A stretch of 64,000 nt of DNA from an uncultured Acidobacteriota bacterium (GCA_963813155.1 CAWEYG010000001.1:192001-256000); one strand, 5' to 3'. Shown: positions 48,037 through 58,212, numbered from the stretch's first letter. Made by a program: numbers and translations. The notes: generated by a model from the sequence alone, not told the origin.

Positions 48037-48639
48037 TCAGAATCGGTAGAGGAGGCCCGCGCCCGCGGTGAGAATTCGGCGCTGCGGCTTCGACTGCGGA
48101 ATGTGCAGCGTCAGGCGGCCGATCACCGAGATGCCCCGCCAGACGCGAACGTCAGCGTCGAGGCCGAGGTGAATTCCCCAGACGGTTTCCTTCTTGTCGC
48201 GAAAGCTCTCGACGGCCGGATCGGCCGACTCGGGGTCGATTCCGTAGGCTCCGAGGCCCGCGAACAGGCCGGACGTCCAGCCCCGTTCCCGAAATTCGTA
48301 CGCGGCGGAGATGAGGCCGTATCGAATTCGATCCTGCAGGTCGGGAAGGGTCGTGACGGTGCCGTCCGTCAGCGTCGCGGACTCTCCGCCGTTGTAGCCT
48401 CGGACCTTCATGCTTCCGTAGGTTCCTCGGAGAGCGACTCCCGTCTCGAGCTGGTACTGTGCCCAGGCGCTCCAGTCGACGGTGTCGAAATGATCGAGGT
48501 GAAAACCGTGGTTCAGGGAATCGACGGCCGAGACCGTCGCCCCGACACCGAACGTTTCGGAAGTCTGAGCTCCGGCGAAAGCGGACACCCCGAGGACCAG
48601 ACAGGCAAGAGCGACTCCGGAGATCGTGCGACGGACCAC
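48037..48639 (-). CDS. Small outer-membrane beta-barrel protein
   Basis: Signal peptide; alternating beta strands; C-terminal AGLLYRF. Confidence 0.72.
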   Translation of the reverse strand: MVRRTISGVALACLVLGVSAFAGAQTSETFGVGATVSAVDSLNHGFHLDHFDTVDWSAWAQYQLETGVALRGTYGSMKVRGYNGGESATLTDGTVTTLPDLQDRIRYGLISAAYEFRERGWTSGLFAGLGAYGIDPESADPAVESFRDKKETVWGIHLGLDADVRVWRGISVIGRLTLHIPQSKPQRRILTAGAGLLYRF

Positions 48640-48708
48640 AGGCCCTCCTTCCATTGACCTCGAAGACTCTAGCAGCCCGTGGTCCGCGGTACAATCTCGC
48701 CCGCTGAC

Positions 48709-49449
48709 ATGACGACTTCTTTCCCCGCTCGCTCCCTTCTGCGCCGGGTCGAGGATTTTTTCTTTCCGCCGGGCTGTCTCTCCTGCGAGTCCGGACGGAG
48801 CGAAACCTTCGAGGGGGGAATCTGCCGCTCCTGCTGGGACGCTCTGCCGGCGCCCGCGCCCGTGAGGTGCGAGGGCTGCGACCTGCCATTGAATCCGGCC
48901 GCCTTCGAATCGATTCCCTCGCCCCGTTGCGGACGTTGCCTGACGAATCCGCTTCCGTTCGAAGCGCTGCGGAGCGTCGCCCCGTACGCCGGGGTCGCCC
49001 GGGCGATCGTCAAGGCGTTCAAATACGAGGGCGCGGACTATCTCGCTCCCCATCTGGCGGCCCGAATGCTCGAAGCGTGCGGAGGGCTCCCGGAGTTCGA
49101 CGCCGTTCTCCCCGTTCCGGCCACGAGGAGGGAGCGCCGGGCGCACGGATTCTTCCCGGCCGGCGAGCTGGCCCGGGAGGTGGCGCGTCTCTCCGGAAAG
49201 CCGATGCGGGAGCGGGCGATCCGAAAGGTCCGCGAGACGGAGCGCCAGGCGCAGCTTCCGCTCGAGCGCCGGGGAGAAAACGTGCGCGGGGCGTTCCGGG
49301 CGGCGAAGGTCGCCGGGGCGCTCCTCCTCGTCGACGACGTCGCAACTTCCGGGGCAACGCTGGCCGCGTGCGCGCGCGAGCTCCGGAAAAAGGGCGCGCA
49401 GCGCGTGCTCGCCGTCGCGTTCGGGCGCGCCCTTCCGGAGGACAATTGA
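48709..49449 (+). CDS. comF: ComF family amidophosphoribosyltransferase-like protein
   Basis: Double Zn ribbon CxxC x4; FKY; VPATR; LLVDDVATSGAT. Confidence 0.9.
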   Translation: MTTSFPARSLLRRVEDFFFPPGCLSCESGRSETFEGGICRSCWDALPAPAPVRCEGCDLPLNPAAFESIPSPRCGRCLTNPLPFEALRSVAPYAGVARAIVKAFKYEGADYLAPHLAARMLEACGGLPEFDAVLPVPATRRERRAHGFFPAGELAREVARLSGKPMRERAIRKVRETERQAQLPLERRGENVRGAFRAAKVAGALLLVDDVATSGATLAACARELRKKGAQRVLAVAFGRALPEDN

Positions 49450-50354
49450 GCCTTTTCGGCCGCGCGATCGCCACCGTGCTTCCCCTCGTCCCGTCGCCGA
49501 TCGTTCGCAAAGTGGCCTCCCGGTACGTGGCGGGCGACGACCTCGGATCGGCTCTCGACGCGGTCGCGAGGCTCAACGCGGAAGGCGCTTCGGCAACGCT
49601 CGACGTTCTCGGAGAAGACGTCGCGCGGCCGGACGAAACGAGTTTTTTCGTCGACGAATACAAGCGAGCCCTCGCGCAGATCGCCGAACGAAAACTCGAC
49701 TCCAACGTCTCGGTCAAGCTCTCCGCGATGGGCCTGCGGTTCGACCCCGCTCTCGCGCTCGAGAATTTCCGCCAGATCGCCGCGGAGGCGAAGCGCCGGG
49801 GAAATTTCGTCCGGATCGACATGGAAGACTCGGCGCTCACCCAGGCGACGCTCGACCTGTTCCAGACGGCGCGACGCGAGTTCGACAACGTCGGAATCGT
49901 GCTGCAGGCGTACCTGCGGCGGACGCAGGGCGACGTCGCCCGGGCGATCGCGGAAAAATGGAGCGTCCGGATCTGCAAGGGCATTTACGTCGAATCCCCG
50001 ACCCTGGCGTTTCGCGACCCGGACCTGATTCGGCGAAACTACGCGTACGTGACCGACCGGATGCTCGCGGCGCGAATCCCCGTGGGAATCGCGACCCACG
50101 ACGAGGCGATGGTGCTCGAGGCGCTCCATTCGATCGAGCTGCGCGGAGCTCCCCGCGAAACCTACGAGTTTCAGATGCTCATGGGAGTCACGCCCGGGCT
50201 TCGGCGGCTGATCCTGGCCCAGGGGCACCGGCTGAGGGTGTACGTCCCCTATGGAAAGTCCTGGAAAGGCTATTCTTTGAGACGTTTGAAGGAAAATCCC
50301 GCGATCGTGAGCCACATCCTGAAAGCGGCCCTGAGGCGTCGCGACGCCCTTTGA
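49446..50354 (+). CDS. Monofunctional proline dehydrogenase
   Basis: RYVAG, DVLGE, SVKLS, RIDMED, LQAYLRR, CKGIY, ATHD, EFQMLMG, YVPYG, RRLKENP. Confidence 0.92.
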   Translation: MSLFGRAIATVLPLVPSPIVRKVASRYVAGDDLGSALDAVARLNAEGASATLDVLGEDVARPDETSFFVDEYKRALAQIAERKLDSNVSVKLSAMGLRFDPALALENFRQIAAEAKRRGNFVRIDMEDSALTQATLDLFQTARREFDNVGIVLQAYLRRTQGDVARAIAEKWSVRICKGIYVESPTLAFRDPDLIRRNYAYVTDRMLAARIPVGIATHDEAMVLEALHSIELRGAPRETYEFQMLMGVTPGLRRLILAQGHRLRVYVPYGKSWKGYSLRRLKENPAIVSHILKAALRRRDAL

Positions 50355-50384
50355 CACGGGGGGTCCCGAAGTATACGATTTCCG

Positions 50385-52241
50385 TTGAATCGGGGTGCCG
50401 TGAGCCGAGCTTTTGGCTTTGTCTTCGCTTTTCTGTTTTTCGCGACTTCGTTCGCGTTCGGCGCGGACGCTCCGGTCGCGGGTATCGTCAAACACATGCA
50501 GGCGCCGATCCCGGGTGCGCTCGTTTTCGTGTACGGCGTCTCCGACTCGACGCTGAACCGCGCCCGGACGGCCCGCGACGGCTCGTTCAACGTGGAAAGC
50601 ATCCCCGTGGGCGTCTACGACGTGATCGCCTACAAGGCGGGCTTCTATCCCTCTCTCGTGCGCCTCTGGCACCAGAGCAACCCGGCCGTTTCGGTTCTCG
50701 CGATCGATCTCGTTCCGGCCTCGGCCGGCCCGATCCGGCGGTCGGCGGACATCTGGACGTGGCGTGACCGCCTCCCCGCGGACGTTCTGCGGGAGATCAC
50801 CGGCGAATCCGCCGAACCCTCCCACTCCGCGCCGGCCGCGGGGACCCTCCCCCTCGGGAAGGTGGTGAGCGGCGACCTCTCGACCTCGACCGGACTCGGA
50901 GCGGGAGATTCCAAGCTCACGCGCACGGAATTGAACTTCTTCGGCCTGCTTCCGGATTCTCTCCAATATGCGTTCCGCGGCTCGTACGACTCGCTCGGGA
51001 GCTCCAACGAGGGCGCGCTCTCGCAAGGAACGGCCAGCGACGCGAGCGTGATCGTCGCCGGTTCTCCGGAATCGGGCGTGGCGCTGTCGTATTCGGCGCG
51101 CGCGTTTCTCTCGCCACAGGGCGGGGCGGATCCCCGGCTGGACCGCGAGTCGGCCACCTACAACCGGCAGACCGACGGCGGCGACCGGTTCGCGGTTTCG
51201 GTCGCGCGGCGGGCCGAGACGGGGTTCGAGCGCGCGACCTCGGTGCTGGGGCAGCAACTGTCCGGGACGTCGAACGACTACGAAGTCTCCGCGAGCTGGG
51301 CCCGCACGGGAGAAGAAACGAATGCCGGGGCGTCGATCGACGTGATCCGCCGGGAAATTTCGGAATTGCCGGTAGAAGGCGGGATCTCGAGCTCGCTCGA
51401 GGCCAACCTGACCGCATCGGCCGATCGATCGATCGAAGACTGGATTTCCGTGGGCGGGACGATCCATTCCCGCACGGGCGGAAGCGGAAGCACGCTCTCC
51501 CCCGGCGCGACGGTGCGGTTGCGCCTTTCGCCACATTCCTCGCTCCTCGTGACGGCGTACCACCGGGTGGCGGGCAATTCGGCGGGCGGCGATCTCCCCA
51601 GCACGAGAGCCGTCTCGGCCGCGGGGTGGGACTCGATCGCAGCGTCCGAACAATCCGCACAGGTGGCCTGGAGCCCGGCCGAAGGCTCGTCTCTCCAATT
51701 GAAGGCAAGCTCGCAGGATGCGAACGAGCCGGTCCGCATTTTCTTCAACGGCGATCTCCTTCTCGACCTCGGCAGCCTGTACGTCTTCGATGGAAATCGC
51801 CTGGAGAGGTTGAGCGGCTCGGCGTCCGGGAGATTGTTCGACGTCGTCGACGCTTCGTTCACGGCCGAGCGCGGCAGGGTGAGCGGTCGGGTGTCGGCCG
51901 ACAACTCTCGCGCGTTCGCGGTGCTCCAGAACGGCGGCGACTACTACGGCGGCGAGGCGTCGGTCACGGTTCGCCAGACGAAAACGGGCATTTCCTGCGG
52001 GCTCCGCCGCATCCGCCAATTGCTCGTGACCGACACCGCGCGCCTCGAGAACTATTCCGACATGCTCCGGGTTTCCCTGGGCCAGGATCTGACGGTTCTG
52101 GGATTCGATCCGTTCGGCGCGGCATGGAAGCTGGTCGTTGCCTACGAGACCGACCGAAATCCGGCAGCCTCCGATCCGAACGGCGAGGAGAACCCGACGA
52201 CGAAGCGGCGCCTCATGGGCGGGGTCTCCATCTCCTTCTAG
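50385..52241 (+). CDS. Secreted/outer-membrane protein with N-terminal carboxypeptidase-regulatory-like domain
   Basis: Signal peptide; PIPGALV...TARDGSFNVESIPVGVYDVIAYKAGF; beta-rich body ending GVSISF. Confidence 0.7.
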   Translation: MNRGAVSRAFGFVFAFLFFATSFAFGADAPVAGIVKHMQAPIPGALVFVYGVSDSTLNRARTARDGSFNVESIPVGVYDVIAYKAGFYPSLVRLWHQSNPAVSVLAIDLVPASAGPIRRSADIWTWRDRLPADVLREITGESAEPSHSAPAAGTLPLGKVVSGDLSTSTGLGAGDSKLTRTELNFFGLLPDSLQYAFRGSYDSLGSSNEGALSQGTASDASVIVAGSPESGVALSYSARAFLSPQGGADPRLDRESATYNRQTDGGDRFAVSVARRAETGFERATSVLGQQLSGTSNDYEVSASWARTGEETNAGASIDVIRREISELPVEGGISSSLEANLTASADRSIEDWISVGGTIHSRTGGSGSTLSPGATVRLRLSPHSSLLVTAYHRVAGNSAGGDLPSTRAVSAAGWDSIAASEQSAQVAWSPAEGSSLQLKASSQDANEPVRIFFNGDLLLDLGSLYVFDGNRLERLSGSASGRLFDVVDASFTAERGRVSGRVSADNSRAFAVLQNGGDYYGGEASVTVRQTKTGISCGLRRIRQLLVTDTARLENYSDMLRVSLGQDLTVLGFDPFGAAWKLVVAYETDRNPAASDPNGEENPTTKRRLMGGVSISF

Positions 52242-52273
52242 CCAAAAGGGCCGATCCTCGCCTGAAATCCCGT

Positions 52274-52307
52274 TCCGGAAAATTGAATTCCCTCCGAAAA
52301 ATTGAAT
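52274..52307. promoter_or_regulatory. Tandem 15-bp direct repeat, candidate enhancer sites
   Basis: TCCGGAAAATTGAAT (52274-52288) and TCCGAAAAATTGAAT (52293-52307). Confidence 0.6.
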
Positions 52308-52388
52308 AAACCAACAGCCACAGCTCTTTCGGTGGTCGCTAACCTATTTGTTTTCTTTTGAATGCATTGATCCAAATTTCAGTGCGCA

Positions 52389-52403
52389 TGGCACTCGCGT
52401 TGC
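52389..52403 (+). promoter_or_regulatory. sigma54 promoter for the histidine kinase-response regulator operon
   Basis: TGGCACTCGCGTTGC, consensus TGGCAC-N5-TTGC. Confidence 0.85.
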
Positions 52404-52419
52404 TCATCGATAAAAACCG

Positions 52420-55110
52420 ATGAATCGGGCAAAGAGAATCATCGCTGGCGCGGCGTTCGCCATTTTTCTTTGCGGAGCGCTCGTCTTTTCCTTTCTCTCT
52501 TTCCAGCGAAAGATCGAGACTTTCACCCAGGCGGACTTCAACTCGCGCATCTTCCGCGGCTACATCGAGGTGATCACACCGCCCGATGCTCAGCTGGAAC
52601 CGGAGCTGCGTTCCGGCGACCGCATCGTTCTCGTGGACGGCCAGCCCGTCGCGGCCCTCGACAACCCGATTCGGACGATCTCCCGCCCGCCTTTCCCGCA
52701 CAAACTCGCCGTCGTGCGCGGAAACGACGTCGTCGAGGCGTCGCTCGGGGCGCCGCCCACCCGCATCGACCTCCCGTACCTGTTCCTGGCTTTCGTCGGC
52801 ATCCTTTCCCTCTTGATCGGCCTCGCGACGCTCGTTCGCGACCGGGCTTCCACCACCCTCCTCTTTGCATCCTTCTGCGTGAGCTCCTTCGCAATCTACG
52901 TTTTGACTCCGTCCGGACCCATCGACGGGCTCTGGAAGACGATCTGGCTGTCGGAAGACGTCTTTCGCGCGCTCGCGCCGGCGTTCCTCCTCCATTTCTT
53001 TCTGAGATTCCCGACGCCCGTCCGGCGGCGCGTGGCGGCAATCTACATCGCGCCCGCCCTCTACCTCGCGGGTGAAGCGATCGTTTCGTTTTCGCTGATT
53101 CCGATTCCGGCGGCGCGGCTTCCGTTTCTCGTGGAGCTGGTCGAGAGATTCTGGCTCGTCTACTTCGCGGTTTACGGCGCTGCCTCGGTGGCCCGGATCG
53201 CGGCCGCCGCGCGGAACGGAGCCGATGCGTCCTCGCAGAGGCAGGCCCGGTGGATCGCGCTCGGGACGGGGTTCGGGCTCTCGCCGTTCATTCTCCTGTA
53301 CGTCCTGCCGCGTCTCTTCGGGTATTCCGCCACCTGGGCTTCCTGCATCGGGGTGGTTCCGCTCGTCTTCCTCCCCCTCGGGTTTTCCTACGCGATTCTC
53401 AAGTGGCGGCTCTGGGACGTCGACGTGTTCGCGCGGGAAGCTGTCGCGACCACCGCCTCGGTGTTTCTCGGCGCGGCGTCGTTCGTCCTCGTCAATTCTC
53501 TGTTGAATCGCGTTCTCACCGGCTTCGCCTCGGGCGCCAAGAATTTCCTCGCTTTCGGTTCGGGAATCTTTCTCGCTTCGCTTCTCGTGCCGGTCAAGAG
53601 ACGTTTCTCGAACGCGATCGAGAGGTTCCAGTACGGCGAGACCTACCGCGCGAGGCGCGCGCTGCTCGATTTCGCCCGGGAGTGGAGAGGGGTGCGGGAA
53701 GCCGACATCCTCGCCGAGGCGCTCGCCTCGAGCGTCGGCGAAGCCCTGAAGATCTCCCCGTGTCGGATGTTTCTTCTCGACCGGCCACTCCCGCCGGGCA
53801 TATCGCGCGAGGCGCTCGTCGAGAGACTCTCCGCGGAAGACGGGCTGCGAATCCGCTCGGCGACCTTCCCGTCGGGAGAAGATCTCACCTTCCTCCGGCT
53901 TTTCGAGGACGGATTCCGATATCTCTTCGCTCTCAAATCGGGAGGCCGGATCGCCGGCGCTCTCGCCGCAGGCCTCAAAGAGGGGCGCGTGCCGCTGTCG
54001 ACCGAAGATCGCGCCCTCCTCGTCACGGTCCTCTCCCAGGCCTCTCTCGCGTTCGAAAATGCGGAGCTGTACCGGACGCTCGAGAAGCGGATGGAGGAGA
54101 TCCGCACGCTCCAGGAATTTCAGCAGGAAGTCATCCGCTCCTCGTCGGCGGGAATCGTCGTCTGCGCGGAGGACGGCAAGCTCGTCTCCGCGAACCCCGC
54201 CTTCGAGAAACTCGCCGGCCGGGCGGAAACGGACCTCGTCGGCCGGCCCCTCTCGGAGCTCTTTCCCGCCACGCCGGAGTTCACCGCCGACGCGGCGGAA
54301 CAGTCCTTCGAGACCCGCGCCCCGGGCTCCGACGGATCGGACCGAATCTACCGCGTCGCGATCTCCCCCCTTCGCGGTTCGGTAAGCTCGCGGGTCGTCC
54401 TGTTCGACGACATCAGCGAGCGCGTCGCGATCGAGAAAGGCCTCTCGGAGCGGGAGCGCCTCGCCTCGCTTGGAGTGCTCGCCGCCGGGGTCGCGCATGA
54501 GGTCAACACGCCGCTCGCGGGGATTTCGTCCTACGCGCAGATGCTCCTCGCCGACACCGACCGAAACGATCCGCGGTACGACATCCTCAAGAAGATGGAA
54601 CGGCAGACGTTTCGCGCCTCGCGGCTCGTCGGGAATCTCCTGGAATTCGCGCGCGGGCGGCACGGAGCGCACAGCGAGATCGACCTCTCGAAGGTGATCG
54701 CCGACGCGATCGAGTCGAGCGAGCCGGCCCTCTCGCCGCGGCAGATTCGCATCGAAACGAGCGGGCTGGAGAGGACGCGGCCCGCGAATGGAAACGCGAG
54801 GGAGCTCGAGCAGGTCTTCGTCAACCTTCTGATCAACGCGCGCGACGTCTCCCCGGATGGCGCGGCCGTTTCTGTGTCCGTCGAGGAGAACGGCTCCGGC
54901 TACGTCGTGGAGGTGGCGGACCGCGGAAAGGGACTGACCGAGGAGGAAGCTCGCCGGGCATTCGAGCCGTTCTTCACGACGCGCCAATCCGGCGGCACGG
55001 GCCTGGGACTCGCCATCGCGCGCGAGATCGTCGAGCGTCACTCGGGGCAGATCCGCCTCGATCCGCGGGTGGGGGGCGGCGCCGTGGCCCGCGTCTCCCT
55101 TCCCGGGTAA
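52420..55110 (+). CDS. PDZ-like + multi-TM + GAF + PAS sensor histidine kinase
   Basis: AHEVNTPL H-box, QVFVNLLINA, DRGKG, FEPFFTT, GTGLGL; PAS (SANPAF). Confidence 0.92.
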   Translation: MNRAKRIIAGAAFAIFLCGALVFSFLSFQRKIETFTQADFNSRIFRGYIEVITPPDAQLEPELRSGDRIVLVDGQPVAALDNPIRTISRPPFPHKLAVVRGNDVVEASLGAPPTRIDLPYLFLAFVGILSLLIGLATLVRDRASTTLLFASFCVSSFAIYVLTPSGPIDGLWKTIWLSEDVFRALAPAFLLHFFLRFPTPVRRRVAAIYIAPALYLAGEAIVSFSLIPIPAARLPFLVELVERFWLVYFAVYGAASVARIAAAARNGADASSQRQARWIALGTGFGLSPFILLYVLPRLFGYSATWASCIGVVPLVFLPLGFSYAILKWRLWDVDVFAREAVATTASVFLGAASFVLVNSLLNRVLTGFASGAKNFLAFGSGIFLASLLVPVKRRFSNAIERFQYGETYRARRALLDFAREWRGVREADILAEALASSVGEALKISPCRMFLLDRPLPPGISREALVERLSAEDGLRIRSATFPSGEDLTFLRLFEDGFRYLFALKSGGRIAGALAAGLKEGRVPLSTEDRALLVTVLSQASLAFENAELYRTLEKRMEEIRTLQEFQQEVIRSSSAGIVVCAEDGKLVSANPAFEKLAGRAETDLVGRPLSELFPATPEFTADAAEQSFETRAPGSDGSDRIYRVAISPLRGSVSSRVVLFDDISERVAIEKGLSERERLASLGVLAAGVAHEVNTPLAGISSYAQMLLADTDRNDPRYDILKKMERQTFRASRLVGNLLEFARGRHGAHSEIDLSKVIADAIESSEPALSPRQIRIETSGLERTRPANGNARELEQVFVNLLINARDVSPDGAAVSVSVEENGSGYVVEVADRGKGLTEEEARRAFEPFFTTRQSGGTGLGLAIAREIVERHSGQIRLDPRVGGGAVARVSLPG

Positions 55111-55119
55111 GATCGATCC

Positions 55120-56541
55120 ATGCACGTTCTCGTCGTCGACGATGAAGAGGTCCTTCGGGACGTCCTCTCTTCGCTCCTGAAACGGGAGGGACACAAAGTG
55201 CGGGCGACGGCGACCGCCGCCGCGGCGCTCGCGGCTTTCGAGGAAGAGACCTTCGACGTCGTTCTCCTCGACCTGATGCTCCCCGACCGTCCCGGCCTCG
55301 AAGTCCTGCGGGAGATGCGCCGGCGCGATCCGGCGGCCGTCGTCGTCGTGATCACCGCGTACTCGTCGATCGAAAACGCGATCCTCGCCATGCGGGAGGG
55401 AGCTTTCCACTACCTTCCGAAGCCCTTTCAAAACGAGGAAGTCGTGCTCACGGTCCGGAAGGGCGGCGAGCAGCGGCGCCTCGCGGACGAGAACCGGCGC
55501 CTCCAGGCGGAGCTCTCACAACGCCGCGGGCTCGACCGTATCGTGGGCAAGTCCGCCCCGATGCAGAAGGTGTTCGAGTTGATCCGAATGGCGGCGCCCT
55601 CGAAATCGACGATTCTGATCGAGGGCGAATCGGGCACGGGCAAGGAGCTCGTGGCCAAGGCGATCCACCAGCTCAGCGCGCGCGCATCGAGCCCGTTCGT
55701 GACGGTGAATTCCGGCTCGATGCCGGCCGACCTGCTGGAGTCCAACCTCTTCGGCCACGTGCGGGGGGCCTTTACCGGAGCGATCAACCACAAGAAAGGT
55801 CTCTTCGAAGTCGCGGACAGCGGCACGCTCTTCTTCGACGAGATCGGGACGGTTTCCATGGACACGCAGGCGAAGCTCCTGCGGGTGATCCAGGAACGCG
55901 AGTTCATGCGCGTCGGCGCGACCGAAACCCAGAAGTCCGACGTCCGCATCCTCGCGGCCACCAACAGCGACTTGAAGCGCCTCGTGGCCGAAGGCCGTTT
56001 CCGGGAAGACCTCTATTATCGCCTTTGCGTGATCCGGGTCGCGCTCCCCTCGCTGCGCGAAAGGAAAGAAGACCTTCCGCTCCTCATCGACCACTTCCTG
56101 CGGCTCTACGCGAACGAGAACCACAAACCCATTTCGGGAATCGAGCCGGACGCGCTGAAGGCGCTCTACAACCACCACTGGCCCGGAAACGTCCGGGAGC
56201 TCGAGAACGCGATCGAGAGGTCCGTCGTGCTGTGCGCGGGCTCGACCATCGGGATCGATCTCCTGCCCGAAGGCGTTTTCGCGCCCGAGGATTCTTCCGC
56301 CGGCATCGCGATTCCCGCGGAAGGCCTTTCCTACCGGGAAGCGGTCGAGCACTTCGAGAAGCGGCTCGTGGTTTCCGCGCTGAAGCGGGCGGGCGGCGTC
56401 CAGAAGAAAGCGGCGGAGCTCCTCAAGACGCGCCCCACGACATTGCACGAAATCATCAAGCGCCTCGGTCTGGGCAGCCGCGAGCTTCCGGCTCCCGCGA
56501 ACGAGTCGGTCGCGGATACTCCAGTCGGCGCGCCGGAATAG
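55120..56541 (+). CDS. NtrC-family sigma54-dependent response regulator
   Basis: VVDDE, LDLMLP, KPF; GESGTGKE, GAFTGA, WPGNVRELEN, HTH. Confidence 0.95.
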   Translation: MHVLVVDDEEVLRDVLSSLLKREGHKVRATATAAAALAAFEEETFDVVLLDLMLPDRPGLEVLREMRRRDPAAVVVVITAYSSIENAILAMREGAFHYLPKPFQNEEVVLTVRKGGEQRRLADENRRLQAELSQRRGLDRIVGKSAPMQKVFELIRMAAPSKSTILIEGESGTGKELVAKAIHQLSARASSPFVTVNSGSMPADLLESNLFGHVRGAFTGAINHKKGLFEVADSGTLFFDEIGTVSMDTQAKLLRVIQEREFMRVGATETQKSDVRILAATNSDLKRLVAEGRFREDLYYRLCVIRVALPSLRERKEDLPLLIDHFLRLYANENHKPISGIEPDALKALYNHHWPGNVRELENAIERSVVLCAGSTIGIDLLPEGVFAPEDSSAGIAIPAEGLSYREAVEHFEKRLVVSALKRAGGVQKKAAELLKTRPTTLHEIIKRLGLGSRELPAPANESVADTPVGAPE

Positions 56542-56562
56542 GCCGAGGCGGGACGAACCCGC

Positions 56563-58212
56563 TCAGCCGGTTCGGCGAACGAGCACGATCGTTCGGTCGT
56601 CGCCGAACGGTGTGTCCTTCGCGAAGCGGTCGAGCTCGCGAAACAGTTCGGTATCGATTTCTTCGAGGCCGCCCTTCAGGTTCTTGCCGGCGAACTGCCG
56701 CAACCGCTCGACGCCGAACTCCTCGTCCTCGGGACTCGCGGCCTCGGTGATCCCGTCGGTGTACAGCATGAGAAGGTCGCCTGTTTCCATCGAGATTTTC
56801 GAGGACGGGTACGGCTGAGGGAACAGGGCGAGCGGGCGCCCGTGCGTCGGAAGGAGTTGGATCTCCCCGTTCGCCTTGGTCCAGAGCGGCGGATTGTGGC
56901 CGGCGTTGACGTATTCGACTTCCCCGGTGACGCCGTCGCAAAGCAGGAAGAACGCGGTGATGAAACGGCCCTCGGCCGTGCGCGCGGCGAGCCTTTCGGA
57001 GAGCCGCGTCACCATCAGGGGCAGCGGCATCGATTCGTCGGTCCACGCCGAGAACGTCGCCTGCAGCCACGCCATCAGGAGAGCGGGGCCGACTCCCTTG
57101 CCGCACACGTCGGCGATCACGACGTAGAGCTTCCCGTCGGGCCCGATCCGGAAATCGTAATAGTCGCCCGACACCTCTTTGGACGGAACGTTCACGCCGA
57201 GCAGCTCGAACCCGGGATACTCCGGCGGCTCGTCGGGAAGGAGCTTCTGCTGGATCTCGCGCGCGAGGTTGAAGTCCCGTTCCATCCTCTTCTTGTCCGC
57301 GGCCTCCAGAGAGAGCGCGGCGTTCTGGATCTTCGCGGCCGCGACGTTCGCGAGCGAGGTCAGGAGGCGCAGGTCGTCTTCGGTGTAGGTCTTCTTTCCG
57401 AGACGGCTGTCGACGTAAATCAGCCCGACGACCTCGCCGCCGTTCTCGAGCGGGGCCGCCAGGATCGACTTGATCCCGGAAAGGCGGATGGACTGCGCCA
57501 TGTTCACGCCTTCCTGCCCCGCGTCCATGATCAGCAGTCCCTGCCGCTTCTCGAGCACGGTCGAAACGAGGGTCTGCGAGAGCCGGATCTCTTCGCCCGA
57601 CTCCCCTTCGGCGGACTTCGCGACCGCCGTCTCGAGAGTGCCCTTGTTCCGAAGCAGGATGACGCCGCGGTCCGGACGCAGGCACTCGAAGACGCGATCC
57701 ATGAGGAACACCATCATGTCGTTGATCGGCACGTCCTTGATCAGCTCGAGCGTCATTTCGTTGACGACTCGCATCGACTCAACGAGCCGGGCCAGCTGGG
57801 TCGCGGGCAGGCTCGGGTCGGTGTAATGGGGCTGCACCCGGAGCAGCGAAGCTTCGGCGCGAAAGACCGTCGCGTCGCCCGGGTCGAACCGCTGGGCCGG
57901 ATCGATTTGAACCTGCGTCGTCGAATTCCGCGAGACCGTCAGGGTACAGCTCCCGATCGTCACGCGGTCCCCTTCGCCGAAAGGGCGCGCGCCGGTCAAC
58001 CGCTCGCCGTTGAAGAACGTTCCGTTTCGGGACTCCAGATCCTCGACCGACAACCCTTCCCCCTCGCGGAGGATTCGAGCGTGCCGGCGGGAGAGGCTCT
58101 TGTCGGCCAGGACCACGTCGTTGAACGACGATCGGCCGAGGGTCGTGACGGGCTTGTCGAGAGCCACGCGCCGGGACTCTTCCCCGGGAACTTCGATCTT
58201 CAGGCTGAACAT
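56563..58212 (-). CDS. FHA + GAF + SpoIIE/PP2C phosphatase
   Basis: FHA: LGRS, SRRHA, DLESRNGTF; PP2C: SGDYYDF, ADVCGKG, NAGHNP, TDGITEA, DDRT. Confidence 0.92.
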   Translation of the reverse strand: MFSLKIEVPGEESRRVALDKPVTTLGRSSFNDVVLADKSLSRRHARILREGEGLSVEDLESRNGTFFNGERLTGARPFGEGDRVTIGSCTLTVSRNSTTQVQIDPAQRFDPGDATVFRAEASLLRVQPHYTDPSLPATQLARLVESMRVVNEMTLELIKDVPINDMMVFLMDRVFECLRPDRGVILLRNKGTLETAVAKSAEGESGEEIRLSQTLVSTVLEKRQGLLIMDAGQEGVNMAQSIRLSGIKSILAAPLENGGEVVGLIYVDSRLGKKTYTEDDLRLLTSLANVAAAKIQNAALSLEAADKKRMERDFNLAREIQQKLLPDEPPEYPGFELLGVNVPSKEVSGDYYDFRIGPDGKLYVVIADVCGKGVGPALLMAWLQATFSAWTDESMPLPLMVTRLSERLAARTAEGRFITAFFLLCDGVTGEVEYVNAGHNPPLWTKANGEIQLLPTHGRPLALFPQPYPSSKISMETGDLLMLYTDGITEAASPEDEEFGVERLRQFAGKNLKGGLEEIDTELFRELDRFAKDTPFGDDRTIVLVRRTG

